From Thalassovita sp. (GTDB taxonomy: Bacteria > Pseudomonadota > Alphaproteobacteria > Rhodobacterales > Rhodobacteraceae): a stretch of 64,000 nt of DNA. Positions 20,467-28,966 of the stretch are shown piece after piece. Each line of letters opens with the position of its first letter. The first letter of the stretch is position 1. Position numbers and translations under genes: made by a program. The notes under the pieces are model-generated. The model was not told the origin of the DNA and searched no databases. It worked only from the letters and a program-made list of their open reading frames with translations. The stretch covers positions 114,601-178,600 of the forward strand of contig NZ_JAXMOH010000006.1 in the NCBI RefSeq assembly GCF_034670005.1, given 5' to 3'.

Positions 20467-21087
20467 ATGGCAGGCAAGAAAATCAATCCGCTACTCAAAT
20501 CGGGGCTGGAAATCGGTCCCATCGTGGCGTTTTTCGCGGCTTATCTGCTGTTGAAGGACAATGTCTATACCATCGGCGGGACCGATTATGATGGGTTCAT
20601 ACTGGTTACTGCCGGATTCATCCCGCTGCTGATCCTGTCCACTCTGGTGCTGTGGCGGCTCAACGGGCACCTGTCGAAAATGCAGGTGGTGACGCTGGTT
20701 CTGGTGGTGGTGTTCGGCGGCATGTCGGTCTGGCTGAATGATGACCGGTTTTTCAAGATGAAGCCGACCTTGATCTACCTACTCTTTGGCGGTGCCCTTG
20801 GATTCGGGCTGCTGCGCGGCAAAAGCTACCTCGAAGACCTGATGGATGCCCATTTGCCGCTGACCAAAGAGGGCTGGCTGGTGCTGACCCGGCGTCTGGC
20901 CGGATTTTTCTTTGCATTGGCGGTCCTGAACGAAGCGATCTGGCGCACCCAAAGCACCGAAACCTGGGTGTATTTCAAAACCTTCGGTCTGACGGCGGCG
21001 GTGTTTTTGTTTTTCATGACCCAAGGGGCCTTGTTCAAGAAATATGGCATCGACCCCGATCCGGAAGATGGCGGCGACACAGAGTGA
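20467..21087 (+). CDS. intracellular septation protein A (YciB/IspZ)
   Basis: N-terminus KINPLLKSGLEIGPIVAFFAAY, 5 TM helices, usual position downstream of ftsY in alphaproteobacteria. Confidence 0.8.
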   Translation: MAGKKINPLLKSGLEIGPIVAFFAAYLLLKDNVYTIGGTDYDGFILVTAGFIPLLILSTLVLWRLNGHLSKMQVVTLVLVVVFGGMSVWLNDDRFFKMKPTLIYLLFGGALGFGLLRGKSYLEDLMDAHLPLTKEGWLVLTRRLAGFFFALAVLNEAIWRTQSTETWVYFKTFGLTAAVFLFFMTQGALFKKYGIDPDPEDGGDTE

Positions 21088-21219
21088 GTGCCGCTTGCCT
21101 GACCTGAATGTCGGTGCGGCCCTATCGCAAATCCTCCTTCTCCATGCCCAACCCTGGCCGCTGCAAAGCGGTGACCTGAACGTCGCATATCAGATGTCAG
21201 CAAACGGTTAACCCACAGT

Positions 21220-21516
21220 TCATCGCTCCTGTTGCCAATCCCACGGCAATGGCAAATCCGTCCCCGGATCGCGTGCCTTGATCGCCTTCCATTGCGCGTA
21301 AAGCCGGTCCAGCCTGCGGCGCTCATCGGCCAGACTGCGGCCTTCCCATTTTTCCAGCAATTCGCATTGTTCCATCGGCACCACCGCACAACTCGCTGCA
21401 CCGTGCTTGGTGATCCATATCCGGCCGCCGCGATGCTGGACCCATCCGCTCAACCTTGTGGCGTCGCGGCGGAACTCGGTGACGGGGATGATGCGATAGG
21501 GGGCAAGACGGGGCAT
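21220..21516 (-). CDS. Phd/YefM-like antitoxin-fold protein with no toxin partner
   Basis: IIPVTEFRRDATRLSGWVQHRGGRIWITKHGAASCAVVPMEQCELLE matches the Phd/YefM N-terminal pattern. Start at internal ATG 21516. Confidence 0.6.
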   Translation of the reverse strand: MPRLAPYRIIPVTEFRRDATRLSGWVQHRGGRIWITKHGAASCAVVPMEQCELLEKWEGRSLADERRRLDRLYAQWKAIKARDPGTDLPLPWDWQQER

Positions 21517-21590
21517 GGGTGATCCTTTCGCGCCCATCCTCGGGCGGGTGGATTAACGCCACACTGACCCGACGCGCGGCGGGATGGGGG

Positions 21591-21615
21591 ATTTGTAGTC
21601 TTTGGCACTACAAAT
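21591..21615. promoter_or_regulatory. perfect 9-bp inverted repeat ATTTGTAGT-N7-ACTACAAAT (candidate operator)
   Basis: Read directly from the sequence. It lies 75 bp upstream of the Phd-like start, in the divergent intergenic region. Confidence 0.45.
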
Positions 21616-21758
21616 TCCGCAAATGTCAGAAAATAACGCTACGGCAGGGGCGGCGATCCCGGTTCATTGCCAGAATAATTGATGCATATCAAAGTCATGA
21701 TATTCCAAATATGCTATATTTTTTTATATTGGATCGCGCGACAGCAAAGGAGGTTGCC

Positions 21759-21941
21759 ATGTTAAGGCTGGGTTTCATTCTGCATCTCTTCATCGGCTCT
21801 ACCCTTGCCGGATCGGCGATGATCGCGGCGTTGGTGCTGGGATTTGCCACCCTGCAACCGATTCTTCTGTCGGCGCTCGTCGGATTTGTCGCCGCGTTTC
21901 CCGTAACTTACTTCGTTTCCAGGGCGATCTATAACGCCTGA
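21759..21941 (+). CDS. 60-aa two-helix membrane protein
   Basis: Strong RBS AAGGAGG 6 nt before the ATG; MLRLGFILHLFIGSTLAGSAMIAALVLGF...; AT-rich upstream region. Confidence 0.6.
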   Translation: MLRLGFILHLFIGSTLAGSAMIAALVLGFATLQPILLSALVGFVAAFPVTYFVSRAIYNA

Positions 21942-22020
21942 CGAGATGCCCGCCACAAGCGGGCTATGGTGGTGACGGCGCAAAGGGAAGGGGTCCCCCG
22001 CGTGTCGTCGCCACCACTTT

Positions 22021-22776
22021 TTATGTCAGAAAGGCCCGCACGGCGGCTTCGAATTCACGCGGCTTTTCTGCATGCAACCAATGCCCCGCATCGGGGATCT
22101 TGGCGAATTTCGCCTGCGGGAACAGCATCTTGACATGGGGCCGGTCTTCGCGTTTGACATAGTCAGATTTCGCCCCCGACAAGAATAGGGTTGGCCCATC
22201 GAAACGGCCGTCAAGATTAGGAAAAGACAGGATTTTATCCATGTCCCGTTCCAGCGCGTCAAGGTTCAGCCGCCACCGTTTCTGCGCGACGTCCAGCGAC
22301 TGGGTGAAAAAGGTCGGCAGGATCGGATCATCCACCAACGCGCGCAATTGCGCTTCGGCATCTGATCGTTTTTCCACCTCGTCCAGATCCACCGCCCGCA
22401 TCGCCTTGATATACTGTAACTGCGAATGTCCATAGGGGACTGGCGCGATGTCGGCGACGACCAAGCGATTGACAAGGCTAGGATATTTCAACGCCAGAAC
22501 CATAGCCGCCTTGCCGCCCATGGAATGGCCCAGGACGTCCATCGGCGCGCCCTTGGCTTCGATCACCCGTGCCAAATCCTCTGCCATGCTTTCATAGTCA
22601 TGGTCGTCATGCCAAGGGCTGAAGCCATGATTGCGCTGGTCGACGGCAATCACCTGACGGCTGTCGGACAAACGCTTTGCAATCACCCCCCAATTGCGCC
22701 CCGACCCATAGAGGCCATGAACGATCAAAAGCGGGGGCAGGTCGGTTTTTTCACCGTGGACAATCTGGTTTAGCAT
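22021..22776 (-). CDS. alpha/beta hydrolase (YbfF-like esterase)
   Basis: HGLYGSGRNW oxyanion region, nucleophile elbow GHSMGG, C-terminal DAGHWLH. Confidence 0.85.
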   Translation of the reverse strand: MLNQIVHGEKTDLPPLLIVHGLYGSGRNWGVIAKRLSDSRQVIAVDQRNHGFSPWHDDHDYESMAEDLARVIEAKGAPMDVLGHSMGGKAAMVLALKYPSLVNRLVVADIAPVPYGHSQLQYIKAMRAVDLDEVEKRSDAEAQLRALVDDPILPTFFTQSLDVAQKRWRLNLDALERDMDKILSFPNLDGRFDGPTLFLSGAKSDYVKREDRPHVKMLFPQAKFAKIPDAGHWLHAEKPREFEAAVRAFLT

Positions 22777-22833
22777 AGGGTTTAGATAGAACAGGGCGCG
22801 GCCGGAGGCCAGTACCCTTGGGATCAGTACGGG

Positions 22834-23217
22834 ATGAGATCAGTGTTCGATCCAGTAGAATTTGAAAAGAAACAGGCAGAACTGGCGCAGCTTTTGTCCG
22901 AAAAATTCGGAGCCTCCTCGGGCGATTTGCAGCGCCGCATGCGTAAGGTCGGTCGACGGGTGCCAAAACGACTGCACAAGGCAGCCAAGACGATCACCGA
23001 TGCCGAGGCGCAGGCGGGGCACCCTAAACTGAGGCAGTTCATCGACCCAGCTGCGGTGAACCGGGCCTATGCGGACATACGTACCTACCTGAAAACCATC
23101 GACGTGACCGACCGGCGCAAAAGCGCTGTCTTGAGTGTACTGGGTGGGCTGTCCTTCAACCTGCTGCTGGCGGTGGCGCTGCTCTTGGGGTTTCTGCTTT
23201 GGCAGGGTTTACTTTGA
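22834..23217 (+). CDS. hypothetical protein with a C-terminal TM anchor
   Basis: Coding-like 127-aa ORF. Its 3' end overlaps the convergent DUF817 gene by 62 nt. Confidence 0.55.
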   Translation: MRSVFDPVEFEKKQAELAQLLSEKFGASSGDLQRRMRKVGRRVPKRLHKAAKTITDAEAQAGHPKLRQFIDPAAVNRAYADIRTYLKTIDVTDRRKSAVLSVLGGLSFNLLLAVALLLGFLLWQGLL

Positions 23218-24058
23218 TTATCGCTCGGCGGTGCAGCACTCGCCGGAACACCAAGGTTACGGTGACGAAACTGACATAGAGCAAAAGATACCAGGACCCC
23301 ATCTTTGCAAAGCTCACCCGGTCGAATGGATTCTGCCCGGCATAGAGCCAAGTGCCGGTTAATGTCCCGATATTTTCCGCCAGCCACAGGAAGAAACTGG
23401 AGAAAAACGCTGCGAGTGGAAGAGGCATCCAGTACCAGTTTTCGCCGATCCGGAACCATATGCGGGTGCGTAGGAAAAGGATCAATGTCGCGGCGAAGAG
23501 CGCCAGCCGGATATCGGCGAGGAAATGATGGGCGAAGAAATTGACATAGATACCCGTGGCCAGGGCCAGCGTGGTCCAATAGGGAGGGTAGGGGGCGAAT
23601 TGCATGTCGAAAAGACGTATGACCCGCGCCATATAGCTACCCACTGAGGCGTACATGAACCCCGAAAACAGCGGCACGCCATAGAGCTTGAACAGCGCTG
23701 GTTCAGGGTAGGCCCAGCTGCCGGCATTTACCTTGAATAGCTCCATCGCAGTGCCGGTCAGGTGAAACAACACGATGATCCGCGCCTCGTCCCAGCTTTC
23801 CAGCTTGAGCCTCAGAAACAACGCCTGCAGCAGCACTGCAAGCCCAAGCAATATGTCATAGCGGTGTAGAATCCACTCAGGTTGCCAAACCGCCTTGCTG
23901 ATCAGGATCGCCAGCAACAGGCAGATGCCGAACAGGCAAGCCCAGCCCTGTTTCAGCACGAACATGACGAATTCGGCCGCCCAATGTGGCAGGCGTGCGC
24001 GCATCCAGTCGCCAAGCCGGCGCTCGATGCGAAGGGTGAGGGGGGCGTGGTGGGTCAT
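23156..24058 (-). CDS. DUF817-family membrane protein
   Basis: Polytopic membrane protein with LFKVNAGSWAYPE and LAENIGTLTGTWLY segments characteristic of DUF817. Confidence 0.7.
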   Translation of the reverse strand: MTHHAPLTLRIERRLGDWMRARLPHWAAEFVMFVLKQGWACLFGICLLLAILISKAVWQPEWILHRYDILLGLAVLLQALFLRLKLESWDEARIIVLFHLTGTAMELFKVNAGSWAYPEPALFKLYGVPLFSGFMYASVGSYMARVIRLFDMQFAPYPPYWTTLALATGIYVNFFAHHFLADIRLALFAATLILFLRTRIWFRIGENWYWMPLPLAAFFSSFFLWLAENIGTLTGTWLYAGQNPFDRVSFAKMGSWYLLLYVSFVTVTLVFRRVLHRRAIIKVNPAKAETPRAAPPPAAG

Positions 24059-24090
24059 ATACTCTGATCAAATAAACTTTGGAGCACATA

Positions 24091-24126
24091 AAAACGCCGC
24101 CGCAGGTTTGTCCAGCGGCGGCGTTT
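24091..24126 (-). terminator. intrinsic terminator of glyA
   Basis: On the minus strand: AACGCCGCCGC-loop-GCGGCGGCGTT followed by TTTT. Confidence 0.8.
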
Positions 24127-24146
24127 CTTAGATCTGTGAGGTGTGA

Positions 24147-25430
24147 TCAGAGCTCAGGGTAAAGCGGGAATTTCGCGCAGAATGCTTCGACCTCGGCCTT
24201 CACCTTGGCTTCGACTTCACCGTTGCCTTCTTCGCCATTGGCGGCCAGCCCGTCGACCACTTCGACGATCCAGTCGGCGATCTGGCGGAATTCGGCTTCG
24301 CCGAAGCCGCGGGTGGTGCCGGCCGGGGTGCCCAGTCGGATGCCCGAAGTCACCATCGGTTTTTCCGGATCAAACGGGATACCGTTCTTGTTACAGGTGA
24401 TATGGGCGCGGCCCAATGCCTTTTCGGTAGCGTTGCCCTTCACGCCCTTGGGACGCAGGTCGACCAGCATCACATGGGTGTCGGTGCCGCCCGTTACCAT
24501 GTCAAGACCGCCCTTCATCAGCTGATCGGCCAGAGCTACTGCATTGGCGCGCACCTGTTTCTGATAGGTCTTGAATTCGGGACGCAGTGCTTCGCCGAAA
24601 GCCACTGCCTTGGCGGCGATCACATGCATCAACGGGCCGCCCTGAAGGCCGGGGAAGATGGCCGAGTTGACCTTTTTGGCGATGGCTTCGTCATTGGTCA
24701 GGATCATGCCACCGCGCGGACCGCGCAGGGTCTTGTGGGTGGTGGTGGTTGCGATGTCGGCATAGGGGAAGGGCGAGGGATGTTCGCCCGCCGCGACCAG
24801 ACCGGCGAAATGCGCCATGTCGACCATCAGGTAGGCGCCCACGGAATCGGCAATCTCGCGGAACTTGGCGAAATCAATCTGGCGCGGGATCGCCGAGCCA
24901 CCGGCGATAATCAGCTTGGGCTGGTGTTCCTTGGCCAGCGCCGCGACCTCGTCATAGTCGATCAGGCTGTCCTGCTTGCGCACGCCGTACTGGATCGCGT
25001 TGAACCACTTGCCCGACTGGTTCGGCGCGGCACCGTGGGTCAGGTGACCGCCCGAAGCCAGGTTCATGCCCAAAATGGTGTCGCCAGGCTTGATCAGCGC
25101 CATGAAAGCACCCTGGTTGGCCTGGCTGCCGGAATTGGGCTGCACATTGGCGAAGTCACAGCCGAACAGTTGCTTGGCCCGTTCGATGGCCAGGTTTTCG
25201 GCCACATCGACGAATTGGCAACCGCCATAATAACGCCGGCCGGGATAGCCTTCGGCGTATTTGTTCGTCATCACCGAACCTTGCGCTTCCATGACAGCGG
25301 CCGAGACGATGTTCTCGGAGGCGATCAGTTCGATCTCATTGCGCTGACGGCCAAGCTCGTCGGTGATCGACTGAAACAGTTCGGGATCGCGGGAAGACAG
25401 TGCTTCGGTGAAGAAACCGGTATCGGACAT
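24147..25430 (-). CDS. glyA: serine hydroxymethyltransferase
   Basis: [16 protein letters not shown] site. I prefer ATG at 25430 (GGAG 6 nt upstream) over the track start at 25445. Confidence 0.95.
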   Translation of the reverse strand: MSDTGFFTEALSSRDPELFQSITDELGRQRNEIELIASENIVSAAVMEAQGSVMTNKYAEGYPGRRYYGGCQFVDVAENLAIERAKQLFGCDFANVQPNSGSQANQGAFMALIKPGDTILGMNLASGGHLTHGAAPNQSGKWFNAIQYGVRKQDSLIDYDEVAALAKEHQPKLIIAGGSAIPRQIDFAKFREIADSVGAYLMVDMAHFAGLVAAGEHPSPFPYADIATTTTHKTLRGPRGGMILTNDEAIAKKVNSAIFPGLQGGPLMHVIAAKAVAFGEALRPEFKTYQKQVRANAVALADQLMKGGLDMVTGGTDTHVMLVDLRPKGVKGNATEKALGRAHITCNKNGIPFDPEKPMVTSGIRLGTPAGTTRGFGEAEFRQIADWIVEVVDGLAANGEEGNGEVEAKVKAEVEAFCAKFPLYPEL

Positions 25431-25602
25431 CGGGGACTCCGTCATGGGAATTGGGATTGGCCGCTAGGTAAAGGAAATAAGACAGATGGGGAAGGCCCTA
25501 TTGCGACGCAACGGCGAACACTCGCGGCAGGGGTGGCGCCGCCCCGCAACTTGTGGTTCGATTGGCGTAAATTGATCCCAATCGGAAACAGGCCGCCGCC
25601 GA

Positions 25603-26364
25603 ATGAGTTTGAAAATCGCTTTTGTCGCCAGCGACAACCCATCGGCTCAGACAGCGAGGGCCGTGCTTGTGGGCCGTTATGGTCAGTCCGAGGAACAAAC
25701 CGCCGACATCATTGTCGCTTTGGGCGGTGATGGTTTTATGTTGACGACGCTGCACCGCACTCAACATCTGGATGTTCCGGTCTACGGGATGAACCGTGGA
25801 ACGGTCGGGTTTTTGATGAATGAATATTCCGAATCCGACCTGATGGAACGGCTGAAAGAAGCAGAGGAAGAGGTTATCAACCCGCTGTCGATGCGCGCCA
25901 CCTGTGCTGACGGAACGGTACACCAGGCCCTGGCGCTGAACGAAGTGTCAGTGCTGCGCAGCGGATCGCAGGCGGCCAAGCTGAAAATAACTGTGGACGG
26001 GCGGCTGCGGATGGAAGAACTGGTCTGCGATGGCGCCTTGCTCGCCACCCCTGCAGGCTCAACCGCATATAATTATTCAGCCCACGGCCCGATTCTGCCG
26101 ATCGGGTCCGACGTACTGGCGTTGACCGCGATTGCGCCGTTCCGGCCGCGCCGCTGGCGTGGAGCATTGTTGCCAAAAACCGCGAATGTGCAATTTGATG
26201 TGCTGGAGGCCGAAAAACGCCCGGTGATGGCCGAGGCCGACAGTCATCTGGTGGAAAACGCGGTCTGCGTTGAAATCCGGTCCGAACCCGGTATCAAGCA
26301 CCGGATATTGTTCGATCCGGGTCACGGGTTGGAAGAGCGCCTGATCCGCGAACAATTCGTCTGA
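25603..26364 (+). CDS. nadK: NAD kinase
   Basis: GGDGFML motif and a C-terminal NAD-kinase beta-domain sequence. Confidence 0.9.
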   Translation: MSLKIAFVASDNPSAQTARAVLVGRYGQSEEQTADIIVALGGDGFMLTTLHRTQHLDVPVYGMNRGTVGFLMNEYSESDLMERLKEAEEEVINPLSMRATCADGTVHQALALNEVSVLRSGSQAAKLKITVDGRLRMEELVCDGALLATPAGSTAYNYSAHGPILPIGSDVLALTAIAPFRPRRWRGALLPKTANVQFDVLEAEKRPVMAEADSHLVENAVCVEIRSEPGIKHRILFDPGHGLEERLIREQFV

Positions 26365-26476
26365 GCAAAGCGGGAGACCCCGGGGGTATCCCGACTTGGG
26401 GGCGAGCTTTGCTTGTCGGCTCCGCCGGGTTGACCTAGCATGGCGGTAATTCTTGCCCCATTTTTCAAGGCGTGCC

Positions 26477-28414
26477 ATGTTTTCGACCCGTATTTTCATC
26501 CTGCTGGCGGCTTTCAGCTTTGTTTTGTTGCCTACAGTTCGTGTTGAGGCATCGGATATTCTCAAGGAATGGGACATCGCCGTCACCAGAGGCGCAGCTG
26601 CCGGCTATATTCCCGACGCCACCTGCGCCGAATGTCATCAGGACAAGGCGGAAAGCTTCAGCGAAATGGGGATGGCGAAAAGTTTCTACCGGCCATCGCC
26701 GGATAACGTCATCGAAGACTTTGACAATGCTCATTTCTTTCACGCGGCATCAAACCGCCATTATGAAATGCAGTTGCGCGATGGGACCTATTGGTTCACC
26801 CGCTATCAGCTGAATGAGGCGGGCGAACGGATTCATCTATTCGAACAGAAAGTCGATTGGATCCTCGGATCGGGCCATCATACCCGGGTGTATCTGTATC
26901 AGACCGCCAGCGGCGAACTGTTTCAGCTGCCGCTGGCCTGGTACAGTCAGGAGGGCGGCAAATGGGAAATGGCCCCGGGATTTGAATTTGCAGATCACCT
27001 AGGGGTCAACCGGTCGGTCCGGCAACGCTGCATGGCCTGTCACAACGCCTTTCCAGATGTTCCCGAAGGCAGCGACCGCCCCGGAATGCCCGAAGTTTTC
27101 CCGGCGCATCTGCCCGAAGGCATCGGTTGTCAGCGCTGTCACGGACCGGGGGCGGATCATGTCGAAAAGGTGCTGGGCGGCGAAAGCGAACTGGGAGACA
27201 TCCGCGCCGCCATCGTGCATCCGGGCAAGCTGCCGCAGACGCAGCTTTATGGCATTTGCTATGGCTGCCATATGCAGCCCAGCGTGGCGGTGACGCCGGA
27301 ACTGAGGCTTGGCCGCTCGGTGTATTCCTTCCGGCCCGGCCAAAGCTTGAGCGAATACAAAGTGTTTCTGGATATCGACGACGCCTTGCGGATGCGCGAC
27401 GACCGGTTCGACATCAATCACCATCCGTTCCGGTTGGAACAAAGCCGCTGTTTTATCGAAAGCAAGGGGCAACTGGGTTGTCTGAATTGTCACGACCCGC
27501 ATGTGAAAATCAAACCGGAAGAACGCGCCGAGCACTACCGGGCGGCTTGCCTGTCCTGTCATGAAACCGACGGGCAGGGCTTGCCTGTGATGCAAAGCGG
27601 TATGTTCCATCCTGATATAGCGCCCGATGCTGATTGCACCGCCTGCCACATGCCTGAACGCCGTACGCAGGATGTTATCCACGTCACCATGACGGATCAC
27701 CGGATCGTGCGCGACCCGGGGCCGCGGCAGTCGCTGACGCAGCCGCTCGCCAAGGTTCCTTCCGACGTCATCGAGGTCAGCCTGTTATATCCTGAAACAG
27801 GGCTTAGTGCCGCCGAAAAGCTGCTGGCCAAGGCCAATGGGGTTTTGGCCAATCAGAACTACAAGGCAGATTATGCGGCAGAGGCGATGGCGGATGTCAT
27901 GGCGTCTGGTGAGGTTTCGCATTATGAACCCTGGCTGTCTCTGTCGCGGGCTTACTACGAACAAAAAGCCTATGAGAAATCACTGGCGGCAGCACAGCAG
28001 GGGTTGGATTTGGCCCCGGATATCGCGCAGCTGCGATTGCAGCGGGCGGTCGCGGACTATGCTTTGGGGCGGCAGGAGGACGCAATTGCGCAGATGCAAG
28101 CGTTGATCGACGACCATCCCAATTACACCCATGCCCAATATGACCTTGCTGTCTTTTATTTTGGCACCGACCGTCTGGAGCAGGCACGGGAACAGGCGCT
28201 GCTGGTGACACAACTGCACCATACCCATTGGCAGGCATGGCGGCTTCTGGCCCGGATCGAGGCGCGTCAGGGCCATGCCGACGCGGCGATCACGGCTTAT
28301 CTGCGGGGGCTTGCCATTGAACCTGGGGCTGTGCGGATGCAGGAAGAGCTCCGCGCCGAACTGGAAAACACAGGCAGGTCAGAGCAGGCGCAGCAATACG
28401 AGGCTGCAAAGTAG
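26477..28414 (+). CDS. secreted heptahaem c-type cytochrome with C-terminal TPR repeats
   Basis: Signal peptide MFSTRIFILLAAFSFVLLPTVRVEA. Seven CxxCH motifs: CAECH, CMACH, CQRCH, CYGCH, CLNCH, CLSCH, CTACH. The last ~200 aa form TPR-like helical repeats. Confidence 0.8.
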   Translation: MFSTRIFILLAAFSFVLLPTVRVEASDILKEWDIAVTRGAAAGYIPDATCAECHQDKAESFSEMGMAKSFYRPSPDNVIEDFDNAHFFHAASNRHYEMQLRDGTYWFTRYQLNEAGERIHLFEQKVDWILGSGHHTRVYLYQTASGELFQLPLAWYSQEGGKWEMAPGFEFADHLGVNRSVRQRCMACHNAFPDVPEGSDRPGMPEVFPAHLPEGIGCQRCHGPGADHVEKVLGGESELGDIRAAIVHPGKLPQTQLYGICYGCHMQPSVAVTPELRLGRSVYSFRPGQSLSEYKVFLDIDDALRMRDDRFDINHHPFRLEQSRCFIESKGQLGCLNCHDPHVKIKPEERAEHYRAACLSCHETDGQGLPVMQSGMFHPDIAPDADCTACHMPERRTQDVIHVTMTDHRIVRDPGPRQSLTQPLAKVPSDVIEVSLLYPETGLSAAEKLLAKANGVLANQNYKADYAAEAMADVMASGEVSHYEPWLSLSRAYYEQKAYEKSLAAAQQGLDLAPDIAQLRLQRAVADYALGRQEDAIAQMQALIDDHPNYTHAQYDLAVFYFGTDRLEQAREQALLVTQLHHTHWQAWRLLARIEARQGHADAAITAYLRGLAIEPGAVRMQEELRAELENTGRSEQAQQYEAAK

Positions 28415-28578
28415 AACCAAGCTTTCGTGCGCCTGACCCTGAACGACGCGCAGGGAACCGGCCCGCCCTGCGTACCGGTCCATCTGTTCCCTGAATGCTC
28501 TATTCCCAGCCGGGGAGTTTCAGAGCCGAAGCCTATCATGAGCCGGAAATCGGGAACGGATTCAATTCAGGCACCGTT

Positions 28579-28881
28579 CTAGACAGCGCTGTCTTCGTCC
28601 TTGCCTTCTTCTTCGCGGACGATTTCGATCTTAACTTTGGTCGCAAAAGCGGCAATTGCGCCGATGATTGCCAGCACCGGAGCGGCAAGCACAACAACAC
28701 CCCCGGCAATCGCACCCACCGACAGCGGAATGTCGACAGCAACGTCGCCATCAGGTTCGATGATGCGCACACGGCGCACCTGAGCCTCGGCGGCCAGATC
28801 CTTGATCTTGGCGATCAAAGCGTCGCTGGAAATTTCGATTTCTTCTTTCCAGGTTTTCTTGTCTTTGGAGTCTTCGGTCAT
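28579..28881 (-). CDS. DUF4342-domain protein
   Basis: MTEDSKDKKTWKEEIEISSDALIAKIKDL...VRRVRIIEPDGDVAVDIPL plus a hydrophobic tail. Start at internal ATG 28881. Confidence 0.7.
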   Translation of the reverse strand: MTEDSKDKKTWKEEIEISSDALIAKIKDLAAEAQVRRVRIIEPDGDVAVDIPLSVGAIAGGVVVLAAPVLAIIGAIAAFATKVKIEIVREEEGKDEDSAV

Positions 28882-28907
28882 CTTCGTAGCCTCTGATTGA
28901 ACGAAAC

Positions 28908-28943
28908 AAGCCCAGACTACCCTATTGGGCGGGGTCTGGGCTT
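28908..28943 (-). terminator. stem-loop downstream of prpE
   Basis: AAGCCCAGAC...GTCTGGGCTT 10-bp stem, followed on the minus strand by GTTTCGTT (weak U-tract). Confidence 0.5.
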
Positions 28944-28966
28944 GATTCAAATCAGATCAGGCACGT

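Noticed and set aside
21088-21219. Hidden toxin gene downstream of the Phd/YefM-like gene.
   Set aside because: Translating the minus strand in all frames gives only a 7-codon ORF, so no toxin-sized reading frame exists before the convergent ispZ gene.
25431-25602. Riboswitch (ZTP/pfl, THF or glycine type) in the glyA leader.
   Set aside because: The minus-strand leader is GC-rich and can form hairpins (CGAAC...GTTCG, GGGG...CCCC). I could not find the conserved cores of these riboswitch classes as I remember them. A covariance-model scan would be needed to be sure.
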